A stretch of 64,000 nucleotides of DNA, taken from positions 3,472,001-3,536,000 of the forward strand of contig CP110440.1 in NCBI GenBank assembly GCA_026914245.1. Reading direction: 5' to 3'. Positions 37,136-51,161 of the stretch are shown one piece after another. Made by a program: the position numbers and the translations under genes. This DNA is from Puccinia triticina (Eukaryota). The notes under the pieces were generated by a model. The model had not been told where the DNA came from. It worked only from the letters and a program-made list of their open reading frames with translations, and ran no database searches. Within the stretch, counting starts at the first letter, position 1; every line of letters starts with the position of its first letter.

Positions 37136-38035
37136 ATGAGGCTGTCGAACCCACTCAGTCGATGGATGCCATCCAGCCAGCATCACTCGCCATCAGCACT
37201 CATCAAGCGATCGGTCACCAGCAACGCCGCCGGATCGACACCGGCGGCGCTGTCGAACGACCCCCAGCATGGCCAGCCCAAGCTCTACGGCGTCACCTAC
37301 GTCCCGCCGCTCAAAATCACCCGTCAACATACCAAGCGAGGAGACTACGTCTGTCCATCTCTGCCCCTCTCTCTACTCGTCTCTCACTCATCATAATCTT
37401 TAACATACATCTAGGGTCTCTACGACGGTCTGAAAGTCCGCGCAGGCGATAATGTGTCCAAATCGAAACACCGCACTAAACGCACCTGGAAACCTAACGT
37501 CCAGAAAACGAAGCTGTGGTCGGAGGTCTTGGGACAGTCGTTACAGTTGCGGGTGACCTCGGCGGCGCTGAAGACGATCGACCGGGTAAAGCCGCGCATT
37601 TCCTTAGAGACCAATACTTCGCTTGGGGGGGGAGAGAGCTGACGATGGATGGTTTGGAGACCACAGATGGGCGGGCTGGACCGCTACGTGCTGCAGATGA
37701 GTGAACAGCGGCTGGGCGGGATGGGACTGCGGATCCGGGACCTGGTGATCGCGGCGATGCAGGAACGGGTGCGTCTGACGAAGGCCTTCAGCCGCCCGGT
37801 GCCGCCCGACCAGGCCTGGCGGATCCCCCGCTGGCAGGACGCCTGCGAACGCACCAGCCACGCCGCCGTCCGCACTATGGTCCCCTCCCTCGACACCACC
37901 CGCGTCACCGTCTTCCCTCGCCTCGCTACCCCTAATCCCGACGGCTCTATCGATCCTAATATCTTGCATGACTTCCATGTCCGTGGTAAAAAAGGCTCCC
38001 AGACTTCTAGACGCTCCACCCATCCTCGTCGTTGA
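37136..38035 (+). CDS. MRPL24: Mitochondrial ribosomal protein bL28m (3 exons)
   Basis: KRGDY/GLYDG...GDNVSKSKHRTKRTWKPNVQKTKLWSEVLG..LRVTSAALKTIDR/MGGLDRYVL; presequence-like N-terminus. Confidence 0.9.
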
Positions 38036-39149
38036 TCCTTCTCCCATTACCCTCTCTCTCCTACCCAATCATCTTTCAAATCCTTGTTCGCCTTTTGTGT
38101 CCGTCTCCTGCTTTATGCGGAGTCCTCAACACTGGCAATCCCTCAACCTCGACCCACTTTTTTTTTCTTCCTTTTCTTTATAACCAGAAATCCATCCAGA
38201 AGAAAAGTGATATGTGTAGCCATCAAGACGAGACAAAGTACAAAAAAGAGCAGCCCTAAGATGAAGGAACTGGCCCGGCCATATTGAGATTGTTAAACAC
38301 GAGGAATCCTTCCTGGTCAACGAGGCTGTGTACACCAACCAGGAGAGACTACCCCCCATCAATGAGGTCAATGAGGTTGACTCTTCTCCTCCTGGCCCAG
38401 CTAAGTGACGACTTTGTATACCCTGGCTGACCGGAAGACGCACTCATTTATTCGGAAAGGTCTGGTTTGTCTGTCCTTGAAAGTCCCCCCAACCTGTTGG
38501 GCCCGCAATGAGGCAGTGACAAAAGATAAGCTGGCACAAGCCCAACGCGCCAGCGCTAACTTGCATAACACATCCTCCAAGGAGGTGCGCCGTGGGATTT
38601 TCCCTGTTTCGACAAGAGCAGAATCCGGAGGGTCAGCAAAGTCTATTTTCCCACACCTGCAAGCGCCCTTGCAAAAAAAGCGACTGAGCAGACTGCTTAT
38701 GGCCACATTTCCCCCCCAAAAAATCCAGCAGATGCCCATGATGGCAAGCTGCAACTGTGCCTCTCCTTCGGAGAGCGTTGCTAGGACCTGGTCGCATACC
38801 AGCAAGGTACCTCTGCTGCAATAGTTTGGAGAAGAATTCAGACAAGTCATAGCTATGATGCCCATTGAGGCACTGTTCACAGGTGAGCCCAGGCACTTGC
38901 TGAGGTCTAATGGGCGAAGGAGGAGAGACCTGAAGCAGCACAGAGGCTGTGATGAGCAGGACAAACACACAGCAAACACGGGAGTGGTGGAGGCACACCT
39001 GAGACATGAAGAAAGATGATGTGAGAACATGAAAACCATCACAAGAATGAGGAGCATACCTAGAACCGGGTGAGATGGAGTTTGAATGAGTTGATTGAGT
39101 GTGGAAACAATAATGAGATGAAGTAAAACAACTGGGAACAAAAGCGGTT

Positions 39150-42100
39150 GAAATACTACATCTACAATTAGGGTTTACAGCCTCATCAAATAGGTTCAAA
39201 CCCTGCCGCCGCCGGTCCAAGTCCGCAGCACGGCACATGAGATGCCCGGCCTATGCCTCAATACCCCCCTCTCTCATTGCCGCTGTATTTTGAGGTTGGA
39301 AATGATTTGCTGGTGCTTCAATCTTCCAAGTGCCTTTGTGCACATGTCTGCTTTTTGATGATGTGCTGAGACGTAGTTGATGTGAATGAGGCCCGTGTTG
39401 TGAACTTCTCAAAGCCAATGATAAGTGATGTCAATGTGCTTTGAGCGTTGTTGAAAAATAGGGTTGGTGGCTACAGCTATAGCACTTTGATTGTCTATGT
39501 CAACTTCATATTTGTTGGTGTAGTTGACCAAAATACTTGAGAAGAGGTATTTGAGCCAGACTGATTATTGCATGCCTTTGAATAATGCCCTGTATTCAGC
39601 TTTGTTTGTTGAGGTGGAGACCGTTTGCTCTTTTTTAGAACACCATGAGAGAAGGTTGCCGCCAAAAAGGGTCATGTAACCAGACTAGGATCAACAATTG
39701 TCAGTGCAATTGGCAAAGTCTGCATCAGTGTAAACAGAGATGTCATTTAAGTTGCCAAAGCCATCAAGAAGTATACCATGGTTCTTGGTACCCGCAAGAT
39801 AGCGGAGAAGATGTTGAACAGCCTTCCAGTGAGTGACGCCCGGCTTTTCAAGATGTTGAGATAATTGAGACACCGTGAATGAAATGTCTGGTCTTGTTGA
39901 GACCAAAAGATAGTTGAGTAGCCCCAGAGCCTCACGATAATTGACTTTAAGTTGAAGAAACACCGAGTGATCTTCATCCAAGCTTTTTACTAATCACCAG
40001 TTGGGTAGCATTGGAGTGGAGGTTGTCCTACAGTCTGCCATGTTGTAGTTGTCAAGGATGGATTGAGTGTAAGACAGTTGAGGAGAATTTTGGATTTTGA
40101 AGATCGAGTGAGCTTGATTCCCAAGATACATTGGGCTTCTCCAAGATCCTCCATGGGGAACTTTGCCAATATGAGTTTTTTGAAATGGAACACATTGTGA
40201 CTGATGATTATCATATCATCAACGTAAACGTGGACAAAGCACTCCCAATTTGGGATGTTGGAGGTGAACAGACACAGGTCTGCTGGAGAAGGGGAGAAAT
40301 TGTAGAATCAAAGAATGTGTTCATCTCCGCGTACCAAACCCTGGGCACCTGTTTTAGGCCGTAAATAGCTTTGTGAAGCTTAAGGCAGTACCCTTTTGGA
40401 ACATTGAGTCCGGGAGGCGGTCAGAGGTAGACAGACTCTTTGAGCTGTCCATTGAGGAAAGTGTTTTTGGCGTCCATTTGGTAAATGCTGTAGCCACAAG
40501 AGAGCCCAACAATTAGGGCCGCTCTGAGGCTAGTGGACCGTCCAGTGGGAGCATATGTGAAGCCATAACACAATTTTTGTTGAGACCCTTGTGCGCAGAG
40601 CCTTGCTTTGAACTTGAAAATGATTCCCTTGGAGTTCTTCTTTTTACAGAAGACCCAAACCGTTCCTAGCAGAGACTTGTTGCCCAGAATAACCTTGATT
40701 GTCCAGACTTTCAAGTCTTTCATAGCTGCAAGTTCATATTCTACAGCTCAAGTCCATGACAACGCATTGCTTCCCAATGTGTGCATGGGATGTCCAATGC
40801 CAAGAGTGCCATGACAAGATTGGTGCGTTGCCTGGTGTGCAAAATATTTCAGGTGTTGATATCTGAACTGATGTTCTTTGGTGCTATATCTGATGTGAGA
40901 ATGATATCATAGCCGGGTTTGGGACAGAGTGGCTGAGTCGGTGCCGGATCTGGAGCGGGAGTTGGAGGCGCTGGTCTGGGATCAACATGGGAGGGGAGAA
41001 CGGGTGGAGGTACTGCTGAGTTGTGGAAGAATGACTCGGTGTCAATGATGGCTGAGTCAAGATTGGGTTCATCTTCAGCCGATCTCCAATCAAGAACGTC
41101 TAACAGAGAGTCTGACAATGGTTTCAGTGATGGGGGTGACGTTTTGTTGATTTTGTCAAACTGAGCCAGAGTCAGAGGGTCAAAGTGGAATGAGGGATCA
41201 GCTGGCCTGGAGAGAAGGTGGAGACTCCTGGGAAGTCTGTCACAACAAAGGTGATGTTGTGACAGCGCTCCACTTTCCCTCCTGGAAGGAGAACACACCA
41301 GTTATGCGTTCCCAGCTGATAGCCAACCAAAAGTCCCTTTCTGGCAGTGTCACCAAACTTTCTGTTGCAAAGCTGCTTTGGAATGTTGACATACGCCTGA
41401 CAGCCAAAAGTTTTGAGTCAGGAAACGTTGAATGGGGACCCAAACTACCTGTTGTGAGGGGTATTCCACTTGGGTTACGCATTGGAGTGATATTCTTGAG
41501 GAGGACGGCTGTGGATACTGCTTTGTCCCAGTACTTGGACGGAAGTTTTGCTTCTTTCAGCATGCAGCAAGCTTTTTTGGATGTTGACCAATTGCCTCTC
41601 TCAGCAGCGGAGTGTAAGGAGCTGCTACTTGGACTGTGATTCCCTTGCTCTTGAGGAAGTTGAGGAACTCAGTCAAGCTGAATTCACTGCCACCATCAAA
41701 GACAAAAGTTTTGATGTTGGATGAGTGGTGGTTTGTTACTTCATTATAGTATTGCATAAGGTAAGAAAAAGTTTCAGATTTTTTTAAAAGGAGATACACG
41801 TGACAATATTTGGTAAAGCAGTCTGTGATCTTGAAGTAATATTCCTTTCTGCCAAACAAGCGGGGGTTAATTCTTACTCTGAGGTCCATATAGTCGTACT
41901 CAAGTGGGAGAGTTGACTTGGGGAGAGAGCCAGGAAAAGGGAATCTGTGTGGCTTTGAAAGGGAACAAGCTTCACAATTGATTCTGGAGGTGGTCATCCC
42001 AGGGAGCATATTTTTTAGAGCCTTAATGTTGGGGTGTCCTGCTGATCTGTGAAGTGTATCAATGTCAGTTGAAGAAGCTTTGTTGGCAATAGCGGTGGAT

Positions 42101-42880
42101 GACTGACCTTGAGAACCGGAAGCAATTTTGATGTAGCAAATGCCGCCTATGACCGACTTGTTCCGGACTAGATTAAAGGTGTTTGAACCAGTGTGAGAAA
42201 TGCCACAGTTAGGCCCAAAGAGTCATCCAAAGCTGATTAAGGTGCCAGCCAGACCAGGAACGTGCAAAGCCTTGAGCCTGAGTTCTGTTCCATCGTTAGC
42301 CACAAGACACGCATAGCCTTCACCAATGGACTCGAGGTGATTGCCATCAGCAAGAGCAATTTGAGTTGAACGTTGACGATAATCCGTGAAACAAGATCTG
42401 TCGCTAAACATATGGTGACTTGTGCCACTATTGAGGAAGCAAAAACCATCCAACTTGACCGCCAAGAGTGCCCTACAAATAAACAGTAGTCCACTACTAG
42501 TCGTGCTGATGAATGAAGTATCATCGTGATTGCCGCCAGCAGGTGCTACTGACTTGGTGGTTGCTGCTTTGGCAGTATGCTTATTTTTCTTTCTGAGGGC
42601 TTGACACTTTGAAGCTGAGTGTTGTGTCTCCCGGTTGTGAGTTCCAGGAGCACAGAAAGGAGGTGACGCGGCCGCAAGCGTGGATTCTTGCTTGCTCCTT
42701 GGTGCACTTACCAAAGAGGTTTGATGAGAGGCTGATAAAGAACCGTATGTTTTTTCTTGAGTTCTGTTTAAACTTTTGGTCAGTTCAATGGTGATTGGTC
42801 CCTGTTTGAAGAGACTTGCCTTGAAGTGCTTGTAGTCATCGGGAAGTTTGTTGAGGATGATTTCAGCCAGGAGTGATTCT
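39150..42880 (-). mobile_element. Old, 5'-truncated Ty1/copia remnant (copia-C)
   Basis: Fragments FLNSGTSHHM (PR), CEACSLSK, FDGGSEF (IN), KARLCAQG, TRPDISF (RT), YTDADFA, RSKHIDI (RH); PPT 39264-39276; many stops and frameshifts; boundaries approximate. Confidence 0.88.
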
Positions 42881-43203
42881 TAAAAGAATTTGTACAACTG
42901 AAATAATTTATTGCTTGTTAGAGATGAAACTACAAATTCCTAAGAGCTAAACATTAATAGAACAAGACTAGTTGTACCTGAAAGCAGATCAAGTACTGCC
43001 TGGGCTGTGGGGCTGGTTGAGGTTGATTTTGGTTGGAAGGAAGAGACAGGCTTTGGGGGAATGAATTTCACTGCAATCCGAGTGTGTGAGATGAGCCTGC
43101 ATGACCAGCACCAGTCCTCACAGATTCAGCTTCTCTTTCATTTTTCTGTTTTCTGTCTGTCTGTTCCAATTCACGGGTATAAGCCTGCTTAAATGTGACA
43201 ATA

Positions 43204-43423
43204 GGGGGGTTCATGTTAGCCTGATTTGGAAATCAGTCTACAAACCTTGCTAAAAATTTGATGGCTGCTCATGCAGGTCAATAATGCAAGGATAGTCTGG
43301 AAAATAAATAGAGTTCTCAAGGGAATGCTTATGCAGTATTTTTTTCAAGCTTATGCAGGAAGCGTGCATGAGATTTCAAACCATCCGTGAAAAGCAGTTG
43401 AAATCAGGCTAATGTGAACCCCC
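43204..43423. mobile_element. MITE, Harbinger-like
   Basis: ~23-bp TIR GGGGGTTCAYRTTAGCCTGATTT; TSD not clean. Confidence 0.65.
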
Positions 43424-43872
43424 ATTGTTGTTGTGTTGCACAGATGCCAACATTTCTTTTTTGTTATCAATTAACTTTTTCAGTCAGTGCACAAATTTGC
43501 TTCAATTTATCCTTCATGTGAATCTCAGGATTTGGTTCAGCGGCAAAGTGAGAGCCGCGCTATGCTCCAAAGCGCGCACTCTCAACACAGCAGATGCTCT
43601 TGCGCTAGCGTGTGCTGATTTAGTGGAACCATTGCGCAGCGCTCTATCGCTACCGCTGAATGTAGCGTGGCCGCGTCTTTCCCGCAAGCCAGCAAAAGTG
43701 CAGCGCCGCGCGCAGTGGCCTGATGTGCGCTGCATGAAGTCCCCGCTCCCGGGTGCACGCCGCAGCACCCGCCTCGCTGAGCCGAAACTTTCTCCACGCT
43801 CTGGTCGCGGTGGCAGCAGATTCACACTCAACCTCTCCGAAAACCTAAACAACAAAGAAAAGGAAAACAGTC

Positions 43873-46149
43873 ATGTGTGAGTAAACTATCAAGCCATTCT
43901 CTTCGATGAGAAAATAGAAGCTAAAAGTAGAGCACTTTGGACACAGGCGGAATTTTTGGTATCTACAACTTTTCGGGCCAGCCTAACGAGGTCCGATACA
44001 AAGCATTGTCTCTATCCAAGAAGTTGAGACATCGTGGTCCCGATTGGTCGGGATGCTTCATGGAAGGGAACTCTATCTTAGTCCACGAGAGGCTGGCAAT
44101 TGTTGGCCTGGGTAAGCCTTTTTTTTCTTCTCACTCCTCACGGGCTTCCCAAATCTGTCAGAGCCTCCGTTATTGACATCGTCTCTTGACTGCTTTCAGA
44201 TACTGGTGAACAGCCTTTACTTACTGAGGACCGCAAGATTGCCCTATGCGTAAATGGAGAAATATATAACCACAAAGCATTGGCCAAGAAGTTGAACAGT
44301 CCATTGAAAACGAAGCCCAAATCAGACTGTGAGATCATTCTCCATTTGGTTTGTCTTTCCCTAACAGCCCATCATGATTTTCCTCAATCCCTCCCCATCT
44401 AAATTTGGTATTTTGTTGTATTTGCTCCAAAAAGTACAGAGAGTATGGGACCGACCTCTGTAACATGTTGGACGGCATGTTCTCATTTATTCTTCTCGAC
44501 ACTACTCAGACACCGCCCCGTCTGATTGTTGCTCGGGATCCAATCGGAATCACGACTCTATACTATGGCACATCGAGCAGTCATCCAGAGACCATGTATA
44601 TAGCCTCGGAACTGAAATCAATCCATGAAGATTGCGATTCCGTCCACGCATTCCCACCCGGACACTTCTACGACTCCAGCCTCCCCGCAGCCAGCCGTTT
44701 TACTCGCTATTACAATCCCGACTGGCTTCATGCTGACGTCGACGCGGGTCTTCTCAGCCTAACCCAGCCCGTCGATCTCACTCTCATCCGAACCACTCTC
44801 GAAGGTGCAGTTCGCAAACGACTGATGAGCGAGGTACCTTTCGGTGTCCTGCTGAGTGGAGGGCTGGACAGCAGTCTCATCGCAGCGATCGCAACGCGAG
44901 AGATCCAACGGATCAACGATGCCTATGCCGTCCAAATTGGCAAGGGCTCTCAGCCTCTCGCACTCGACAACCAAGCGATATCTTATGGGCTCAACTCGGA
45001 CGGATCACTCGCTAGTAGCTTGCCGGGTGTCGAGGACGAACTGACCGTCGATTCTGAGTCTAGCCTTGCATCCTGGCCCCGATTGCACTCCTTCTCGATC
45101 GGTTTGAAAGACGCACCCGATCTGATCGCCGCTCGCCAGGCCGCCGACTTCCTACACACCCTCCATCACGAGTTCACTTTTACCGTCCAGGAGGGTCTAG
45201 ATGCTATCCCCGATGTCATCTATCACTTGGAAACGTACGACGTCACCACCGTCCGAGCATCCACACCGATGTATCTCCTCTCCCGAAAGATCAAGGCTAC
45301 CGGTGTCAAGATGGTCTTGTCCGGCGAAGGATCCGACGAAATCTTTGGCGGATACCTGTATTTCAGTCAAGCACCTGATCAACTCAGCTTCTACCAAGAA
45401 ACCATCAAGCGGGTCAAAAACTTACACACTTCCGACTGTCTACGTGCCAATAAGTCTACTATGGCCTGGGGCTTGGAGGCTCGTGTCCCGTTCTTGGACA
45501 AGGAATTCCTTTCTCTGTGTTTGAACATCAGACCAGAAGATAAAATGTTCGGCAAAGGCGCTCAGCAAACTACAGATAAAGATGGCAAACCAATCATGGA
45601 AAAGGTAAGTCACTCCTCCTGCAAGAATCTCCGACGGGTATGTATTCGATGTTTGCTAAGTTTTTTTGGGGGGGGGGCGGGGGTTGTTTAGTACATTCTA
45701 CGTAAGGCATTTGACTGCTCACCCGACGGGAAACCGTACCTGCCAGACTCGATTCTCTGGAGACAAAAGGAACAGTTTTCGGATGGAGTAGGATACTCTT
45801 GGATCGATGGACTCAAAGAACATGCCGACCAATTGATTACCGATGAGCAGCTGTCGTCGGCCCATGAAAGGTGGTCCCTCGATACCCCCACCACCAAAGA
45901 AGCTTACTTCATCCGTCAAATTTTCGAAAGTAAGCTTCAGTCTCCTTTTTCTTATTTTTGAAATAGTATCGCGACTTTGGCATCCTACTGATTGCCATTC
46001 TACGTTCTAATCTTTGCTTTTTATAATCAGAACACTTCCCATCTGAATCCGCTGCCAAGACTTCGGTCCGCTGGATCCCGAGGACCGATTGGGGTTGTGA
46101 CACCGATCCCAGCGGGAGAAGCGTAAAGATCCATACCTCGGCTTATTGA
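43873..46149 (+). CDS. ASN1: Glutamine-hydrolysing asparagine synthetase
   Basis: 4-nt first exon ATGT plus intron gives [76 protein letters not shown]; stop 46149. Confidence 0.97.
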
Positions 46150-46258
46150 ACAACTTGTCTCCCAATGATATTGAAAACTGTTGAGAATGCAAATAACGAT
46201 CCCAGGCGGTACAATGCTCCCACAGTCCAAGAAGTAGGAATTATTATCAAGGGGGAAG

Positions 46259-46795
46259 AGGACCCTGGAAACCCCCGATGAATGAGTGGCATGAAAATGT
46301 ATGAATTTTTGCATTTTTTTGTAAAATGGTACACATGAAAATGGTATGAATTGGAAGGGTACGCATGAAGCACCAAATAAATGTATGAATTTCCAATTAA
46401 ATTCAGGTAAGTTGGCTAAAACCCGTAAATCCCCACTTAAAATTGGGGTTTTCGGGACCCCCGGTTGGATTTAAGCTCAAGTGTACGCATGAAAATGTAT
46501 GAATAAGCCAAAAAAAACCATTCCCCGGTGCCCCCCAATAGGGGGTTTCAAACATGGTGCAGGTCCTGTTTCAGGAACCCCAAATTCAGGAAATTGGTGC
46601 AACTGCAAGACACCCTGCATACATGGACCCAATTTTACCCAAAAAACATGCAGAAATAATTTAAAAATTCTTTGTGCAGGAACTTCGTTTTCCTGAACTG
46701 GGACCTGCACCATGTTTGAAACCCCCTAATGTATGAATTTAGGCAAAATTCAGGAATTTACATGCCGCCCATTTATAGGGGGTTTCCAGGGTCCT
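46259..46795. mobile_element. Non-autonomous TIR element with 8-bp TSD (hAT-like)
   Basis: TIR AGGACCCTGGAAACCCCC; GGGGGAAG duplicated at 46251-46258 and 46796-46803. Confidence 0.85.
46540..46727. mobile_element. MITE nested in the previous element, Harbinger-like
   Basis: TIR AGGGGGTTTCAAACATGGTGCAGGTCC; AAT on both flanks. Confidence 0.85.
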
Positions 46796-46889
46796 GGGGG
46801 AAGGGGTTCCGAAAGCGCCATGTCAAATTGTCTTAAATCAAATGGGCAGGAAATTGCAACATATATCAGATTGTAACAGGTTTTCTCTT

Positions 46890-47221
46890 GTTACCGTTAC
46901 CGTTAACTGTAATGGAAGTGCGTTACAATATCACACACCCAGGATGCTTGAAATTTGACATCCGTTACAATATACGCCCGCACAGAGGGGCAGATATCGG
47001 ACTGAATATGATCCAGAGGGGGCCATTTGCCCCTCTTTATCTCGTTAACCGGTGGTTAACACGTTACGCTACTAGTAACGCGGGTAACACACCAAAAAAA
47101 TCAGGCCTGGGGTTACAACTGGTCGTTACTATTAGCGCTAATGCCTGAGCGCAATAACGGCAAGCGTTACGCTATGCAGATAACGGCGGTTATCGTAGCG
47201 TATTGTAACTACCCACCGCTG
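46890..47221. mobile_element. TAACG/GTTAC-rich non-autonomous element fragment interrupting the Helitron
   Basis: Dense GTTAC/TAACG motifs; Helitron coding similarity stops before and resumes after it. Confidence 0.45.
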
Positions 47222-49243
47222 CTTGAATGGATGTTGTATTTGCTGTTTTCAAGGGAAGGGCAATTTTCACCAATCCTTGCAGGGAAATCACTCTTCCAAG
47301 AATTGATTGTGGACATGTATGCCTGTGTCAAGAGCTCAAGGTTGAATTGGTTCAAGCATAACCAGGATACATTGAAAATACAGATGTACGCTGGTTTGGT
47401 TGAAGCTCTAGGCCAAAATTCAGAACCAACAGGGCAAAAAATAGTCTTGCCGTCATCATTTATTGGAGGTCCCTGCGCAATGAACCAGCTGTATCAAGAT
47501 GCGATGGCATTGGTTGCAGAGTTTGGTCCTCTGGACTACTTTATTACGGTAACGGCAAATCCTGGATGGCCAGAGATAGCAAAAATGCTAAAAACCGGTG
47601 AAGAACCATCAAATCAGGCGACAATTGTAGCTTGAGTATTTAAAATGAAACTGAAAAATATCATGAAATTATTGATCAAGAAACAGAGGCTTGGGAAGGT
47701 ATTATGTTATGTTTCAACAATTGAATTCCAAAAGCAAGGCATGCCTCATATGCACCTCATGGTTACAGTCGACAATGCGGACAAGCCTACAACACCAGCA
47801 AAAATCAATAGTGTTGTTACTGCCGAAATTCCAGATGAAAAGGAAGAGCCCAACTTACATCAAATTGTTGCAAGATGCATGCTGCACAGTCCATGTGAAG
47901 GTCAAACATGCATCCAGAAGAGTAGGTGCCACTTTTGTTTTCCAAAGCCTTTTGCCCAGGAAACAACTTTAGTCTAAGGCGCATATCCCACTTACAGGCG
48001 TTGTGATGATGGTTGCACAAGAAGGGGTCAAATTTTTTCAATAATACCGCTGTTGTCCCATATAATAAATTTGTTTCTCTGCAGTTAGATTGTCACGTTA
48101 ACGTAGAGGTTGCAGTTGGAATCCAAGCTGTGAAATACTTATATAAATAAATCTGTAAAGGCCACAATAGATCCTACATGGCCCTTGAAGATAATGATGA
48201 AACAGCTGCTCACTTGGATGCGCGGTATATTGGTCCTGTGGAGGGTGAGTTTTGTTGAGGTCATGATATAGGAAATTCTTACTAATAATGTATGTTTAAT
48301 TCAGCGGCTTGGCGGTTATTCCAGTTTGAACTGTCTGATTGTCATCCTGCAGCTCAACGTCTTTCCCTCCATGAAGAAGATGCTCAAGCCATAGTGTTCA
48401 GGTCATCTGAAGAGGCCCGTAATCACATAGATTCAGGAAGAGCGGCACAGACAATGATGACACAATTTTTCATGCTGAATTGCGAGGAAGTCCAAGGGTT
48501 AATGAAAAATGCTAGGGATTAATTTTATCACAAAATCCCAAATAATTTCTGGTGGGACCCTAAAATCAACAATTGGAAACCACAAAAGAAAGCAATGGCA
48601 ACAATCGGTTGGATCTAATTTGCTTTGGTTCATCAAGGAGAGAGGGATTATATCCAAATATTACTATTGCATAAGAAGAATATCCACTCCTTTGAACACC
48701 TCCAAACTGTTCATGGGGTTTTGTGAGACACATTTGTGAAGCTGCGGATATGATGGGACTCTTGCTCAATGATAAGCAATACAACAATGCTATGATTGAA
48801 GCAGCTTTGTTCAAGACTGGATATCAACCGTGGTTGATGTTTTGTATCATTTTAGTCCACAGTCCGCCCGCAGGACCAAATTCTGTCTGTAACAGGCATC
48901 TTATAGCTCTCAGCAATGAATTAAAATACAAGCTGAACAACAACTACAGAGTGGACAATCCAACTGAAGAGGAACTTAAGGCCTTTACTCTGTACCACTT
49001 AGAACTGACACTTACATCAATGGGATCATTGCTTGTGGCCGTGGGACTGAGAGTGAATTCAAATCAGCATCAATTTTTGTCTCAGCTACAATCCAGGGGT
49101 GTTGATATTGTAACAAGTGTTGACATGGTAGATTGTTGGCTGATCAATTTTGAACTTCTAAATCCAGCTCAGACAGTTTTTTATAATAGCGTCACAAGTT
49201 TGATTGAAGCCAGCGATGAAGGCAAATTTTTCTATCTTGATGG

Positions 49244-50134
49244 TGTAGTAACCCTGTTCCTGTTCATACTATCACCCTCATATCACCCAAACCCTTCATA
49301 AATACTTCATTATTACTTCATATTCAGATTCTACACCCCATTTTACCCCTAGTCACCCACTTATTTCACCTAGGATTTCCAAATGGATCAGCAGTTATTG
49401 GCATGTATAGTTTTGGCAGGTATTTTCTTCATACATATCCTTAGCATTATTACATACATCATTCATTAGTATCATGGCTACATAGGAATGCAGATTTTAC
49501 ATATTTTCATTACACATTTTTCCCTTCATATGAATCAGCAGTACATTCCTTCATAGCTCTTGTAGTTATTATCAAATTCTCATCATTATTTCATCTTCTA
49601 CATAGTTACCTTTCATGTACACTCCTTGGTCATTGCACCTTCATCATTACTTCTCATCTTCAGATATTGTTACTATGTGCTCATCATGTATCACCCCCCT
49701 GTAGTACTTCTCACATATAAAAACACCCCTCTAGATGTTGTATTCCCCATCATGCACTTTCTACTACATCCCCTCTGTAGCACCTTTTTTATCACACTTG
49801 GATAAACTTTCATTACCATAGAAATATATCCCCCATTATATATCTCATTACCCATCTCAGAGTGACTCCCAAAAATCTTCTGCTTTTCCCTCATCTCACT
49901 TCTCCTCTCTCCCTCAGTAGGATTGATACACCTCAAACTCAAAAATTGTTAAAGTCATCTAAGTCAAAGAGAATCATCAAACAGGCCCTTTTCTTTTTCT
50001 TAGTGTAACCCTCTCTCCATCAGCATTAGTCAAGAGGGCAGCCTCACCAGCACCTGTATCCTCTTCTACATTATGAGTAGTGTAGTTGACTATTTCCCCT
50101 CACAGCTCTTTCCTGATCTTTTAGGAGTTCCACA
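49244..50134. mobile_element. Solo LTR (~890 bp) in the helicase Walker A motif
   Basis: TGTAG...CCACA; flanks ATGG/ACGG; removal restores LDGPGGTGKT. Confidence 0.75.
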
Positions 50135-51161
50135 ACGGTCCTGGGGGTACTGGCAAAACGTTTGTGTTAAATACTCTCATCAACTACTTTTTGATGCAGG
50201 GCTTGGAACCTGTTGTGGTCGCAGCGACTGGAGTTGTAGCATTGTTATTAACTGGGGTCATACTGCACATTCCAGTTTTAAGATCCCTCTCAAATTCACA
50301 GAGGTCAGTATGTGTAACTGTAAGTCAAAGGATAGCATTGGCAAGAGGTTGCTGGGAGCAAAAGTTATTGTTTGGGACAAGGCCATCACAATTCACCAAC
50401 AAGCAATTGAGGCTGTAGATCACTCAATTCAAGATCTTACTGGAATCCAACGGCCATTTGGTAAAATATTGGTGGTATTTGCTGGCAATTTTAGGCAAAC
50501 TTTGCCCGTGGTCAAGGAGGAAGTTTTACCTAGGTCTGAATTCACAACACTCAAGTGCTCAATGTTATGGAATACAATCAAAATATTTAATGTTCATTGT
50601 TATGGAATACCATCAAAAACTTTTCATTGAAAGAAAATGTCAGGTTAGGGCTTGGGTCCGGACCGGATTCAGAAGAGAATAAAAGATTTGCCAATGAACT
50701 CCTGCGCATAGGGGAAGGATTATTGCAAAGTTCTGATTCTGCTTGAATACTTTTAACTGACCTCAAGTTAGAAAAATTTACTTCTTCCGCAGCATGTGAA
50801 CGGAGGGCAATGGCATGGGTTTTTCATGAGATCAACTCAAAAGGCAGGAGTGATATTGCCACATATGCAAATTACTTTATTCTAACTCCATTGAATTTGG
50901 ACTCAAATGTTCTTAATGATCAAATCCTGAAGGTGATTCCTGGGGAGGAGTTGGAATTGATCTTGATTGACAAACCAAACAATGAAGCAATGGAGACAAC
51001 ATTGCAACCAGAGGCGTTGAGCAAAATCAACTTCCCTGGTTTCCTGGATCACGTATTAAAGCTCAAGGCAGGAATCCCGGTGGTGTTATTGAGGAATTTA
51101 AGCATTGATGATGGCCTTTGCAATGGCACAAGGCTGGTGCTGCTGAAGGTGACAAACAATA

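Larger units (their letters stand above)
46165..51161 (+). mobile_element. Decayed Helitron Rep-PIF1 helicase pseudogene with nested insertions
   Basis: RRYNAPT..EV; LPSSFIGGP; YFITVTANPGWPEI; IEFQKQGMPHMH; KYLYK..KGH; DG/PGGTGKT; FAGNFRQTLPV; LCNGTRL; many stops. Confidence 0.92.

Noticed and set aside
38260..39150. ORFs of 139-246 aa
   Set aside because: CpG-depleted TE-like debris with no identifiable domain.
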